A stretch of 64,000 bases of DNA from Octopus sinensis (GCF_006345805.1 NC_043003.1:102362001-102426000), one strand, 5' to 3'. Counted from the first letter of the stretch, positions 36,801-52,427 are shown. The notes: generated from the sequence alone by a model not told the origin. Numbers and translations are program-made.

Positions 36801-38456
36801 CTTCATGCAGCTAATGTTTTACTGTTTTTTTGGGGTTTTTTTGCAGTTACCATTTTGTTTTCAACTAGTGTATACCATGCATTTGCTATTGAAATGTTTA
36901 TAAAGAATGGTGAATCCAGAAGGGTTGTTTTTTTTTTGCTGCTCCCTGTACGAGGTGAACATAAATCGTAATATTGAATTCATAGGTCTGAGAGAGTCTT
37001 AAAAGAACAGGGACACTACTACTCCTCTCCTGATTAAACAACAGAAAACAATGGAGTGGAATGGTTATCCAGATAGTCAGAGTTCTAGTCTCACCCGAAA
37101 TGAAGTAGTTAAAGGCTGCAGATTGATGGAGCGATGACAAGTACTTGACTGGTTCTTGTTATTTATATCTTCCAGTTTAGAAACTTCTGAGAACGGTATT
37201 GCCTTATAGCATCGTCATAGTTGCTGATGTTGTCATTGACATCAGTGTCATCGCTGCTACTTCTGCTACTGCCATTATTTATCATCTGCATTCCATGTTG
37301 GCATGGGTTGGCCAGTTTCACAGGATCCAATGAATGAAAGGATTACATTGAGTAGTTTGCTTTGGTATGGTTTTTATGGCTGGATGCCCTTCTTAATGTC
37401 AACCACTTTACAAAATACTGGGTACATTTTACATGCCATCAGCACAGTAAAGTCACCAAGTCACTCACAATACAGAGTTGGGGTGCAGTACTAAGGGAAG
37501 TGGCTTTGTTCCAGGGGCTTGAAAAATGTTCTTAGTTTAATGAATCTAAAAAGTGTGTTCAAAATCAGTCTGATTATAACTTTTGGTCCCTATTCTAGAA
37601 GGAGAGAGTTTTAATAAAAGTAATATGAGCAATCTTTGAATTAAGATAAGACTATCAGGATCTCCTTTTGATGGCATATAATGAAAGAGAAACCATTGAA
37701 TTATCTGTTTGCAATTCCTGTAATATGACACTGAATCAGCCTTTCCATGGAACCAAATTGAAGATCAGTATGTTTTGACTATTTAACCATAGTACAATTT
37801 AAAGTTCAACTAGTTTAATTATGTCTATTTAATCATGCCACAGGTCAGCATTTACATTATACAAACTTTGGGTGGCTCTACCTGAATTGGCATGATTTTC
37901 ATTTTAAGATTATTATATTATTCTTTACATTCTGGAGCCTAAATACAGCTGAATGCAACAACAGCATCAAAAACAACCATATGTAAAAATAATAAAAATG
38001 ATAAAAAAAAGCAACTATAAAGATAGATATATAGATAAATAGCGAGAGAGGGGGAGATGGGAGAGAGAGGGAGATGGGAGAGAGAGGGAGAAGGCAGGAG
38101 AGGGAGAGAGAGAGGGCAGGAGAGAAAGAGAGAGAAAGAGAGGAGAGAAGAGGGAGAGAGCCAGAATAGAGAGACTAATTCTATGAGAAATAAGTACATT
38201 TTAATCTGTATCTCTTAGAGAAGTCCCTCTGTTTCCACCAGTTTCCAAGCATGAGGAATCTCTCCCACCAGCATTTGTATTGCAATGATTACAATTACTT
38301 AAACTCTTAATGTAAACACTACCTTCAACAGTCTTAAAAGCACACACACTCACACATACAGGTGGCGACAAACACACACATATATATACAGTCACATACA
38401 TATGCCAAGCTCAAGCTATATACATAATGAAAGAAGATACGTAATGTATGCTTATG

Positions 38457-38500
<44 letters not shown>

Positions 38501-39033
38501 TGTACATACACATATACACACCACTAACTAGACAGAACAAACATAAAAACAAAAGCACAACATTCATACTCTACTTGCTCACACACGTACACATACATAT
38601 TAAGCACTAATTAGACATACAATAAACATAGCACATCACTCACAGTCAACACACACACACACACACATACACAAAACATGCACGCACGCACACACTCTTA
38701 CTATGCACAACATACACATACCCACACAAACATAAACACACACATACACATACAAAAGCTGACAAAATATTTAATAAGGACATATTTAAAAACACAAAAA
38801 GCATTCATCTTTTCAAAATCCATGTTTGTTCGTTTAATCTTTTTTCCTGGAGATTTCTTAGAAGATAAGCAACTTAATAGGAACACCTGCACTTTTCATT
38901 CCATCCATCACTACTTTTATAGGTTACACTTGCTACCGTGCATTTGCTAGCATTGCAAAAATCTTAAAAGAAACAACTTTTTGGTAGGAAAAAAAAAGGA
39001 TAAATTAGTGAGATTAATCATGTATTATAATAT

Positions 39034-39241
<208 letters not shown>

Positions 39242-39244
39242 GTG

Positions 39245-39415
39245 GAAAGCTGGCAGAATCATTAGCACACTGGGTGAAATGTTTAGTGGTATTTCGTCTG
39301 CCGTTACGTTCTTAGTTCAAATTCCGCCGAGGTCAATTTTGCCTTTCATCCTTTCGGGGTCGATAAATTAAATACCCCACCCTACTGCCCCCAAATTTAA
39401 GACTCATGCCTATAG
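39245..39415 (+). mobile_element. Family C SINE (other copies at ~40364-40575, 40877-41085, 45075-45305, 49845-50035 minus and 60228-60445)
   Basis: agctggcagaatcattagc...gttcaaattccgccgaggtc...gcctttcatcctttcgggg. Confidence 0.8.
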
Positions 39416-39492
39416 ATCAGTGTTTCTCAATTATTTTTTGCCTATAGATCCCTTTGATTCCCATTTTACTCAGATAGACCCTCATATCCATT

Positions 39493-40040
39493 TCATCATC
39501 ATCGTTTAACGTCCACTTTCCATGCTAGCATGGGTTGGACGTATGACTGAGGGCTGGCGAACCCGATGGCTGCACCAGGCTTCAATCTTGATCTGGCAGA
39601 GTTTCTATAGCTGGATGCCCTTCCTAACTCCAACCACTCTGAGAGTGTAGTGGGTGCTTTTACATGCCACCAGCATGGGGCCAGTCAGGCGGTACTGGCA
39701 ATGATCTCGATCGAATCTTTTACACATTCCACTGGCACAGATGCCAGTAAGGCGATGCTGGTAACGATCACGCTCGAATGATGTCTTTTACGTGCCACTG
39801 GCACAGAGGCCAGATAGCTGCTCTGGCATTGATCATGCTCGGATGGTGCTCTTAATACCCCACTAGCATGGGGCTCGAGTGCCAGTAATGTGACGCTGGT
39901 AACGATCACACTCGAGTGGTGCCTTTTAAGTGCCACTGGCCCGGAAGCCAGTTAGCCGCTCTGTCAATGATCACACTTGTATGGTGTTCTTTGCACCTCA
40001 CTAGCATGGACACCAGTCATTGAATTTGATTTTGATTTTT
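39493..40040 (-). mobile_element. SINE-like family B copy, probably inserted in a hAT-like MITE starting at 39418 (cagtgtttctcaa)
   Basis: Reverse-strand tandem units and ggatgcccttcc; a Charlie-like terminus lies upstream. Confidence 0.7.
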
Positions 40041-40639
40041 GATTTTATCTTTATAATTAAATATAAGGAAATGAATTAAAAAATTGCTAAAATGTCTTGT
40101 GTATTGTGGAAGTAAGACCAATTTATTGCATATAAACTTTAACAACAAAATCTTATATGGACCCTCAAGGGTTATGTGGAAGAAATGCTTAACAGCATTT
40201 CTTCTTGCTCTTTATGTGCTGAATTCAAATATTGTCCATCTTTTGGACTTGACAAATGCAGTACTTGCTAAGTACTAGAGTCAATGTAATCAACTAATAT
40301 CGCCTACTAAAATTCCTGGTCTTGTGCAAAAATTTCAAATAATTATATAATTATTATTATTAAGGTGGCAAGCTGATAGAATCATTACGATGCCGGACAA
40401 AATGCATAATGGTATGGCTTCCAAATCATTATATTCTGAGTTCAAATGTCACTGAGGTTACTTTGCCTTTCATCCTTTCAGGTCAATAAAATAAGTACCA
40501 GTTAGACACTGGGATCAATGTAATTGACTTCCTCTTCCCTGAAATTGCTGGCCTTGTGCCAAAATTTGAAACCATTATAACTAGCATCATTATCATTTTA
40601 CTTCTCAGGGCTCTCGATTTTAATTGAAAGCAGACAGCA

Positions 40640-40830
40640 ACCTGTTGTCAAAGGACTCACACGGTTTCATTCCATGATACTTAACACCCAAGTACCAATC
40701 TCAAAATTCTCCCAATAGAGCAGATTTTTGAGCATGTCCTACCCTCATGTCAATTCCAATTTCTCCAACATATTTCTCAAACTTGGTTGATAGTGCTCCC
40801 AGTACCCCTACAACTATGAAGATGACATCC
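40640..40830 (-). mobile_element. R4/Dong-like (RLE-type) non-LTR retrotransposon 3' end
   Basis: VIFIVVGVLGALSTKFEKYVGEIGI...QKSALLG.RILRLVL matches the typical VIPIVVGALG...QK..LLGTARILR terminus. Confidence 0.65.
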
Positions 40831-40846
40831 TCTCTCTTCACTAACA

Positions 40847-40877
<31 letters not shown>

Positions 40878-42845
40878 GGTGACAAACTGGCAGAATTGTT
40901 AGCATGTCGGACAAAATGCTTAGTGGCATTTCGTCCATCTGTATGCTCTGAGTTCAAAATTTTCCTACATTGACTTTGCCTTTCATCTTTTCAGGGTCAA
41001 TAAGTACCCATCAAGCACAGGGATCGATGTAATCAACAAGTCCTCTCCTCCCAAACTTCAGGTCTTGTGTCTTTAGTAGAAAGGATTATTATTATCATTT
41101 TCTTTGTGAAGGTGCATGACCTAGTGGTTAGGTATTTGGCCCATGGTCATATGTGCATGGGTTCGATTCAAGAATTGGACAGTAAGTTGTGTCCTTAAGT
41201 AAGATAATCATTCAGACACTGAGTGCTGGTACAGTCTTCTCTCTCTCCCTCCAGCTGTAACATCCTGGATGCTTGACTGGATCAGAAGGTGAAAGGGCAG
41301 AGAAGATGCCTGTGTTTGCTCATCCTCACATAGGCACTTAAAGCAACTAGTGAATACTAAGTGAAAGTAGCAGTATCCACTATACGTGTTTTTGCATCAT
41401 ACTCAGTATTTGGAAATATTATCAAGTGAAAGTAAATGGAAAAATATTTTTTGTTAAATAAGCATCTTCTAATAAAGCAAAAGGAATTCAATTTCTTTTG
41501 TTTACTCTACCTGGTAGGGGGACAAAAAAAAATTCTTTAATTTGCAAAATAGAAATTTTCTTCTATTTGTGAATTAATAACATGGCTTCAAGAAATGGCT
41601 ACGAAAATAATAAGGAAAATTAACACATTCTTACAGACAGCAAACAGAGGGAAAAAAAAGAAAAAATTTCAATTTCTCAGCAGAATACACATATTTTACA
41701 AGAAAATTAATAGTTTTCATAATTTTTATACAGAAAGTAGCAACATTATATTGAATAATTTAAACATGACTAATGATAAGAACAACATACACACATTTCC
41801 TCCTACCATTCTGGGGGGAAAAAAAAATGAGTGAAAATTTTATTTGAGTGATAAAAGACAATGGTAGGTGTTTGTTTTTGACTAACTCTGCTCCAATAGA
41901 GAGACTTGAGGATGTATGACTTGCTGAATGAAGAAAAGGTTTAGAATCAACATTAATTTATTGATAGCTTCGAGTTCACATCTGAGTACATTCCCACGGT
42001 AGATGCAAACAATAATTCCTTCACTAAAGTGGTTGATCTTTATTGCTGGATATTTCTAGTTCCTCTGCTCCTTAACATGTGATGAGTCACCACTGGCTTA
42101 AGCAAGTTCCTCTATTGCATTACCACATCCACCAGCCACCATGTTGCAGCCCATGGTTTCAATGTCACCTGGTCAGAGAATATTTTATTGAGTCTTGACT
42201 CCTCTAGATTCACTATATTTTGCTCAAAACCTCAAGATAAATATGACTCTTAACCATGCACAGCACCCTATTGTGTGAGGAGGCTAGGAGCATATCCATT
42301 ATATCACCTCTGATTCTCAGAGTTTAGAGTAGATCTGATACACAACTGCCATTGTCAATTGCTTTTTTTAATTGACTCGTGAAATTTATGTCTGTCTCTC
42401 ACAAACACACACACACACACACACACACTGCATACTCCTGCTAGTTCTTGTCACTCTTGACTCCTGAAGTCAAAATAGGAATGGCTCAAACTAGCATTTT
42501 ATTGTGTGTAGAGTGCAAACACTGAAGGTTGATATTGTCACTTCCTGCATTTTATGACTACATACTTTTAGGATCTGTAGCATATTTTTTTAGATCCATT
42601 TTTGATTTTAACCTCATTGTTAGTTTTGAGTACTATGCACACAGTTCTGTTGGCTTTGCCTCAGCTGAAGGAGGTGATATTATTCTGCACATTGGCTAGA
42701 GCCACTTGTAATTGCTCATTCATGGGCATGAGAAAGGCCCTGTGGCTTTTGAAATTCAGGAATTTGTTATTTTTCTGTCCCACTGTTCAATAAGGAATTG
42801 AGACAAGTATGCACTCTCCTTTGTCACATATCTCTGCCAGGTACA

Positions 42846-42936
42846 CCTTTTCTTCATTATAATGAAGAAAAGGAGTCCAGGCAACTTGCCCAGAATGATA
42901 GATAATTATCTATCATTTTGGGCAGGTTGCCTGGAC
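42846..42936. repeat. Two abutting palindromes (28 bp perfect; 62 bp with 2 mismatches)
   Basis: ccttttcttcattataatgaagaaaagg, then a, then gtccaggcaacttgcccagaatgatagataa|ttatctatcattttgggcaggttgcctggac. Confidence 0.9.
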
Positions 42937-44294
42937 CAATACCACTTTCTCTTTCCATCTGTTCTTGTCTTCCATGATATTTTTGAGATAGAAACTATTA
43001 TTGATATTATTAGACAAGATACTCTGTCTAATACTATATTCCTTTGCCTTCACCTTTTTGATATAAATCTACCAAAGACCACTGCTAGTTCTATGATATA
43101 AACTTCCTGTTTTAAAGTGATCTTAAATTAGAAATTTCATAATGATGATCATTTCCCAAGATTCTTTATTACTGTCAAATTTAATTGGCGTAATTCAGCA
43201 AAAATATTGTAACAAAAGGGTTTAAAGATTTCATAGAATCTTTCATATAAAACACACAAACTAAAGGATGATAGAGCTGTTTTTAAAAATGAGTGCGGCA
43301 AAGAGAAACTTTAGATCTACTACATTTAACAAACCATTACTGCCCTGCAAGTAATGGGGAGATGGGAAAACAAGGACCTACCTCATTTAACATGTGAAAT
43401 CTGAATCGTAAACATTCAAATATGTTGAATGCAGGCTAAAGCTTCCTAACATCATCAGGGTGGAAGCAACAGATTTCATTGTCAGGTAAGAGAAGACACT
43501 GAAAGGAGGGAGGGGCATGGAAGATGTAAATTATCCTGACCCTGGCAGCAGGTGATACTAGGGGAGATTAAGGGGGTGGTTGTGAATGAAAAAACATGAT
43601 GATGACATGATTATGATGATGGTAGTGGTGGTGGTGCCGGTGATAAGGAAGATTAAAAAGACTACAATGTTGATCTCAGCACACCACCCATAGTCTAACA
43701 TATGTTATTCGAGTTTTGATCAGCTGAGATAAGCTTTATTTTGTTAAGGAGTCTTGTTTATCTAGACATCACTAAGATTATGTCTTGTTTTTGTTAATGA
43801 CATATGCGTACATGGGGTTAGTGGTGGCATGTGGTGATTTTTAGTGGTGATGCAGGCTTATAATAGTGGAATGATGTGATTGTGACTGTGTGTGGCTGTA
43901 TTCATAGTATGAGGTGGTAGTGAAGCTGATGCAGTTTAGCCCCAGGTCAGCCCTCATTAATTACATCCATGATCAAAAGGATTCCAAACATGACCTTATA
44001 TTTTTTTTCTATTTAGGCATAATGTATTTATGGCTACATTACACGTGTCCTTCCTTTTTTTAAGATAGTAAGAAAAGATTCGGTTGCTATTTTTAGCAAA
44101 ATGAAAGACCGTATAGAACGGGTATGGGCCACCTGGTTTTGAGGAGTAGGTTGCATGGGGCATAGCTCATGATCCGAGAGAAATTCAAGATAATTTTTGA
44201 ATAGGCATGCCATTCTGAAATTCTCAATGGGTTGCAGTTTTGCCTGTGGCTGATGTTGAGGCTATTCTGATACTTGTTTTGCATATATATATAA

Positions 44295-44550
44295 ATAAAA
44301 TAAATGCACCTTTTTAAAGACTAGCCAGGCTCATGGGCCCAGTTTCTCGTTTTCAATGGCGTATGTGTTCCCCAGCTGGGTGGAACACTAGTCCATTGCA
44401 GCGTTACTCATTTTTGCCAGCTGAGTGGCCTGGAGCAAAGTGAAATGAAGTGCTTTGCTCAAGAACAAAACACGTCACCCGGTCCAGGAATCGAAACCAC
44501 AGTCTTACGATCATGATGCTGACAGCCTAATCACTAAGCCACGTGCCTCC
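44295..44550 (-). mobile_element. tRNA-derived SINE with a family D-like head
   Basis: Reverse strand gtggcttagtgattagg...gtggtttcgattcctgg. Confidence 0.75.
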
Positions 44551-44552
44551 AC

Positions 44553-44628
<76 letters not shown>

Positions 44629-46433
44629 GCATAGCTGTGAGCTAAGAAGCTTGCTTCCTAACTACATTTCTGGGTTCAGTCCCATTGTGCAGAACTTTGG
44701 ACAAGTATCTTCTACTGTAGCTTTAGACCAACCAAAACCTTGTGAGTGGATTTGGTAGATGGAAAGAAGCCTTTTGTGTGTGTGTGTGTGTATCTCTGTT
44801 CGTCCCATCCACCACTTGACAACTGGTGCTGGTATGTTTATATCCTTGTAACTTAGTGGTTCAGCAAAATGGACTGTTAGAATAAGCACCAGGCTTAACA
44901 AAAGATGAGTGCTGGAGTTGATTCATTCAACTAAATATTCTTCAAGGGGCTGCCCCAGCATGGCCATGGCCTTATGACTGAAAAAGGATAAAAAACAAAA
45001 GGGAGTGATTGTGATGGTGGTGTACAGACCTAAAATGGTAAGCAGTGCTGACAAATGGGTGATGGTATGGGATAGCAGTGAGCTGGCAGAAACGTTAGCA
45101 TGCCGGGCAAAATGCTTTGTGGTATTTTGTCTGCCGCTATGTTCTCAGTTCAAATTCCACCGAGGTCGACTTTGCCTTTCATCCTTTCGGGGTTGATTAA
45201 ATAAGTACCAGTTACACACTGGGGTCGATATAATCGACCTAATCCGTTTGTCTGTCCTTGTTTGTCCTCTCTGTGTTTAGCCTCTTGTGGGTAGTAAAGA
45301 AATAGGTATGGGATAGTGTAAGATAGTGGTTATAATCTAATATGTATGCTGCAGTTTGGGTGTTGCACTCATGAACATGAGATTTTGGTTTTGATCCCCA
45401 GACTAGCTATGTGTTGTGTTCTTGAGCAAAATACTCGACTGCTAAACATTGTCAGTCTACTTATCTGTGAATGGGTACCCTTGTGATGGACTAATGTACA
45501 AAGGAGTGATGGTCACTCAAGAAAATCACCCAAATGGAGTTCTCAGGGGTCAGGTTTTGTATTCAGCAATTGGAAGGATGGATAGTGCAATCCATGCTGT
45601 GAATCCTGAGTGGTTGGCATTGGTTGTTCAACTATGTCAAAGGTCATCATTGTCATCATGGACACTGTAGAGGTGATAGTAGAAAACAATATGTACTGAT
45701 ATGGTGAACCAGTCTAGTGAGGTATGATTTGAGAAAGGCTGTTTCTAGCAGAATAACAAACCATGGTGGTGGTGGTGGTGGTGGTGGTGGTGGTAGCTGA
45801 CACTGACATAATTTTTTTAATCAGTGACAGATATAATATTTGTTGTCTGAGACAACATTATACCTTGTGGAGAGAAAATATATAAGTTGAAATTACTTTT
45901 TACATCCAATTTTCCATGCTAGCATGGGTTAGACAAGTATATATTATTGAGGCATTGTTTTAAAGTAGGATGTTCCACCTGTTACTCACCTTTACCTGTT
46001 TTTAAGTAAAGGATTTCTTATTCCACATATTTACAAATGCTCAGTGTAAATGGAGGAATTGTTGACAGAAAAATGACAACAAACTTCACTGTTTTGTAGA
46101 CCAGCAATACTTCACATGAAGCATGCATGATGTAAACACACCTACCCATAAATCACACTGACACACTCAGAGCAGAAGTGTTATGACTGGTCTTTCTGGT
46201 GGTGTAAAGCTCTCATAGCAGTGCCATGTAAAAGTGGCCATGTGGCACCATGTAAAAGTGGCCATGTAGTGCCACCTAAATGCACCCACCACACTCTGTA
46301 AGGTGTTGGTTTTAGGAAAGGCAGCCGGCCAGAGAAACCAGGCCAAATCAGACTGGAGCCTGGTGCAGCTCCCCCAGCTTGCCAGCACTGGTCAAACTGT
46401 TCAACCCATGCTAGCATTGGCAACAGACATTAA

Positions 46434-46653
46434 CCCTTTCGTTACCAACCTGGCTGAAACTGGCTCTGGCTCTGAGTACAAATGTCTTGTTTTCATAAGT
46501 TTTTAATTAAAACCTTCCACGAAACCTTAGTCATAATTTATGTTCCTAACACTAGCTTAATGATAACAAAGTTATTTTACTAAATTCTTTGTTATATTTA
46601 AAGTAAATGAAAGAAACACAGAGCATCTCAACAGAAATATAGTAATGAAAGGG
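46434..46653. mobile_element. piggyBac-type MITE (220 bp) inserted into the tail of a family B SINE
   Basis: TTAA TSD on both sides; TIRs ccctttcgttac / gtaatgaaaggg. Decayed relatives lie near 48055-48295 and 43100-43225. Confidence 0.85.
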
Positions 46654-48351
46654 TTAAATGATGGTGGTGATGATGATGATGATGGAATCTTTCAATTTTC
46701 ATTTGCAAGCTCCACAGATCCACTCACCTGGCTTTGGTCAGTCTGAGGCTAGAGGTAAAAGGCAGTTGCCCAAGGTGCTGTGCAATGAGACTGAGCCTGA
46801 AACCACGTGGTTGGCAAACGAACTTAACTACACAGCCATGCATACACATACATGCACTCACACACACACACACGCACACATATATACACACACACATGTG
46901 CATACACATATTGTATTATACAGTACTGTTAACTTTGACAGTGGCGACAGCAGGAAATGTGTACCCAGTGACCTCTCTAACCAGTTAAGTTAGACTAACT
47001 TAACTAACAAATATTGCTTGGCTAAGTAGACCTCTGAAATATCAATTAAACTTTCTTTGTTTTCCTAAATTAATTACAATATACTGTCACAGCTTTATTA
47101 ATTAGACTTCTCTCTTTCAATTTCTATAGTTTTATGCACAATACATTATTTATTTCTTTGTTGGGAAAATACTGAAGACAGTGATGGATTGTTTAAAGAA
47201 AACTTAAACCACTATGCTAGTGAGTCATGTGACTCGTATACATGTCCCTTATTGGCTCATGTTATCCTATAGATTACAACTTAAGAGACAACTTAAAATC
47301 TGTTAGCATTCAGCTTACTCTATCAAATGTAATGGCTATTTACACATATTGTTTTAAATTAATCATACATTATCTGTAGATTCAAGATTTCAATGATGTG
47401 ATTGTTTATATTTAAAACTAGTCAAGCATATTTGGTCTTTCAGGAAAATCCCTCTCTCTTGTCATTCACTTGGTCTAACTTGTTAATTATTCCCTGCATT
47501 TCTCAAATCAAAAAAGCTTGCACATTTGGTGTGATACATAACAAAGGGAGGGAAACGCAGAGTTTTAAATAGTTATTTCCCTTGCTATGGTTTAATATCT
47601 TTAGATTAAACTGCTGGAGTGAGTTAAATCCCTTGTGTTAAAGACTTTTGTTACCTGAAACATAAGGGGTCGATTTATCGATTTTTTTTAATGGCTTTGC
47701 GGGGTGACTGGGGAAATGTAAAGATGTGTACGACCATCCTTGGATGGTTTTGAATGACCATAGAAAGTGCGAGCCCTCTACCTGAAAAATTGTGGATTTG
47801 TATAAAGGATACACACACACACAGACATTTTGCTGTTTACATATAGAGAGATGACATTGTAAGGTAGGTGTAAGAAGCCAGATCTTGCTGGTTTGAACAT
47901 AAATTAGACAATATATTTGGAATGGATGTGGCTGGTTTAAATGGAAAAGACTTAAGTCAGCAGAGATTTGATGACTTGAGGGGATAATTTTAATTGACCA
48001 GAGCCTATGACCTACCAATTAGCTAAATACTAGCTAATTGAAGTCTGCCCCAAATTTAACCATTCTACTACCATATATTTCTGTTGTAATATATTTTCTG
48101 TGTTTCAATTAATTATGATAATAATGAAAAATTGATAAAATAACTTTGTGGATTTGTATAAAGTTAAGCTAGTATTTGGTATATAAATCAACATGAAATT
48201 TTATTTCATGGTTTTTCATGTACATCACTTTGAAACAGGAAGTTTGTAACAGAGAACCAGGGGTGATCTTGGGTGGCTTGGTAACAACAGGGTTGATGAT
48301 GTGAACATAAACTAATAGCTTTCAGGTTGAGACCTTAGACATGTGTTGAAA

Positions 48352-48682
48352 GGCACCTTGGGCAAGTGTCTTCTACTATGGCCTCGGGCCGACCAAAGCC
48401 TTGTGAGTGTATTTGGTAGACGGAAACTGAAATAAGCCCGTTGTATATATGTATATATATATATATGCATGTGTGTGTGTGTATATGTTTGTGTTTGTCC
48501 CCCCAACAATTCTTGACAACCGATGCTGGTGTGTTTACATCCCTGTAACTTAGTGGTTCGGCAAAAGAGACCGATAGAATAAGTAATAGGCTTACAAAGA
48601 ATAAGTCCTGGGGTCGATTTGCTCGACTAAAGGTGGTGCTCCAGCATGGCCACAGTCAAATGACAGAAACAAGTAAAAGAGG
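48352..48682 (+). mobile_element. 5'-truncated family A SINE
   Basis: Body and tail match 33461-33858. Confidence 0.85.
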
Positions 48683-49639
48683 GTATGTATTGAACAACAA
48701 CACTACAAAATGTATGAAGTTGAACCTGTCCCCTATTTTACTATATTAAAATATAAAACTTTATCATTCCATCTATTTATTTCCGAGATTCTAATATTGA
48801 GCAATATGCTCAATATTAACCCCTGAGGGTCTATGTGGCTATCCAAGGGTCAATAAACATTAGACATGATTTTGAGCATTGAGGGATGAATTATTAGTAG
48901 AAGAGTACAGAAATTTAAGACTAAAACTCATTAATTTCGAGTCAAATATCAATGCAATGACTTGTATTCAACAAACACATATTTCACATTAAATATTCCC
49001 ACTAAACCAATATAATGACTGAATTTTTATTGTTATTTATCAATTTTATCAAGTATTTTCATTAAATTTCTTTAGATATATTTATTGAGAATTAGCAATG
49101 ACACAAAAGATCAAAGGAATTATAGTTTTAAATTAAGAGATTTTTCATTAATAATACTTTTTAATTGTATTTTAGAAATTTACATGATGGGGTCAATAAG
49201 TTATCAACAATTCCATGAAAGGGGTCAGTGATATAAGAAGTTTGCTGACCCCTTATTTAGGCAAAATCATTTCTCAGTTTATAAGATTATTTAGTAATTA
49301 AGTGTAAGATAAATGGTCCAAAACTTGTTTTGCAGGTTTTAATGAATTTCTTTTGTGAGTTTATTTTGCTGTTTTTATAGGAAATCAATTGTTTCATTAT
49401 TATCATTTTCCCTTTTTCACACTTGTAAGGGTCAGACAAAATTTGTTAAGGCAGATGTTCTATGAACGAATGCTTTTCCTGTCACCCACGTTCACCTGTT
49501 TCCAAGCAAGGCAAAATATTCCCATGCAAGACTGAATACAAACAGTGTTCTATTATAATAAAGATATCTTGTGGTGAAAGTGCAGATAATTTTTGACTTC
49601 ACTCATATATATATATATGTGTATGTGTGTATGTGTGTA

Positions 49640-49674
<35 letters not shown>

Positions 49675-51313
49675 CTATATGACAGGTTTCTTTCAGTTTC
49701 TGTCCACTAAGTTCATTCACAAGGCTTTGGTCAGTCTGAGATTATAGTAGAGGACAATTGTCCAAGGTTCCACGCAGTGGGATTGATCCTGAGACCACAT
49801 GGAAGCAAGAGTCTTAAAGATGCCTAGTGACTAGAAATATTCCTTTCAACTATAAGTACAAGGCCTGAAGTTTTGGGGGAGTGGGTAAGTTGATTGCATT
49901 GACCACAGTGTTTCAACGGCACTTAATTTATCGATCCCGAAAGGATGAAAAGCAAAGTCGACCCCAGCAGCATTTGAACTCAAAACGGGAAGACAGACGA
50001 AATACGTGCTAATGATTCTGCTAGCTCACTGCCTCAGTGACTAGGAATATTGGAGTGTGAAATAATATCAATGATTAATAAACCTTAAAAAAAGAACAGT
50101 CGTTTTCCTTTTCAAAGATCGCTGGTTTATAATGGTATTTTAAAGATGGCTGGTGTATAATGCTCCAAAATTATAATTGGGTGTTTTAGAATTGGCTGCC
50201 ATTCCTGACAACAAGCACTTAACCAAAGGATGGGAATGGTATCTATTTTGCAGTTCCATTAACACATGTAGAGAATCAGTTATCTGACTTAAAGGCATGT
50301 GTAGAATTCAGTTACTCTTTACGTTAACGAGATAATTATCAAAAAAACCAAATGATCAAATGCAATTCTATGGCAAGTGTTACACTCCTTTCAAAGACAG
50401 TCCCTTGTATGGATTTGATGCTTTAATGTTTGAAGGGAACTGAAGAGGAGGAAATGGTAAAGTTTACAGGTTTTTTTCAAGAATATTTCTGAAAAAGAGT
50501 TTGTTCCAAAAGTGAATGAAAATATGGCCTTGATAAGAACAACACTTATAGTTTAATGGCAAAGGCATGGTCAAGTGGTTAAGATGTTTGTTCCCTGACA
50601 ACATAGTTTGGAGTTCAGCTCTACTGCATGGTACCTTGGGCAAGTGATTTCTACTCTAGCCCAAGGCTGACCAAAGCCTTTGAGGGGATTTGTTAGAAGG
50701 AAATTGGGAGAAGCTTGTCATATACGTGTGTGTGTGTGTGTGCGTACATTTATGTTACCTGTTTTGAAATTATGTGATAGTTGTAACTGAGTGTCATTGT
50801 CATACAAGCAGACAAGATTCATTTCCTATTTTTCATGAAAAACACATGTGATCCTGGGCGTATATTACCTTGCTTTGATACAAGCGAGGAAGAGCATCAA
50901 GCCATAGAAAATCTATCTCTATAAACTCCATTCAACACATAGAAGCATGGGAAAGTAGACACTAAATGGATAATGATGCCGATGATGATGATGTTCATAT
51001 AATTGTGTGTGGTTTGTTGTGAGAGATTTTTCACTGTTGTTATTTTGGTCAGTTGGCCTTCAAAATTCCTAAAGGCCAAACCAGATTTTCTCTAGGTAAA
51101 AGTTGGTATTTTTCTAGCAACAACAACAACAACAACAACTCTGAACTGTTGATGTATTCCAAAAGCCAAACCTGAATTTTATTTCTAACAATAGAATACT
51201 TAAGTCGTCAAGTCTCTATAAAATAAACAAGCTTTCTAACTTTCTCTCACACCATTTTTGCCTCTTGAGATATAAAAGCACTATTTTTATTCTAATTTTA
51301 CACACACTCACTT

Positions 51314-51391
<78 letters not shown>

Positions 51392-52004
51392 CACAATATT
51401 TAAATGTATTTTTACATGAGTCACAAAAAGATGATTTAAATGAAGAATAAACTATTAAATTATTTCTAAGCCAAGGTGATTCACCATAGCTATTTAGAAT
51501 TAACTAATTGAAAAGTATGTAAGACTCCCTGCAATATTTGTATTTAGTATGTCGAATGTTTCCCTGAGGTATATACTCATATTTGATACACACACACAAT
51601 GTTTCTATTTATTAGAGCAGTGACTGTGTGTCACTTTGAAAACTATGTTTTCAAATGGGAATTCAACAACTCCACCTAGCCAAGCAGTTTCTCTGTGTTG
51701 ATAAAGGGCAATAACCCAGAAACAAGACCACAGATGTTGCTTTGTGCTGGATGGGAATGGTGGACTCCCTGTTCAAAAATATAAGGACACAGATATTGTG
51801 TCATGTAGTCAGCTGGAAACAAGGTTTCCTGGGGCTAATCATTAACAATCATCCCTTCCAGGACAGCCATATTATATTGGCAATTCACTTTTACTTTAAA
51901 AAACTGTTACTGGAATATATCTCTTTGAAAGATTTAGAAGTAATAATGTATCTATCTATTTATCTATCTATCTGTCTGTCTGTCTGTCTAGCTATCTATC
52001 TATA

Positions 52005-52041
<37 letters not shown>

Positions 52042-52066
52042 ATCTATCTATCTATCTATCTATCTA

Positions 52067-52187
<121 letters not shown>

Positions 52188-52375
52188 ATATATATATATA
52201 TTATATATATATATATATAGGTGCAGATATGGCTGTGTGTTAAGAAGTTTGCTTCCCAACTACATGGTTCTGGATTCAGTCCCACTGTGTGGTGTCTTGG
52301 GCAATCTACTATAGCATTGGACTGCCCAAAGCCTTATGAGTGGATTTGGTAGACGGAAACTGAAAGAAGCCCATC

Positions 52376-52427
<52 letters not shown>

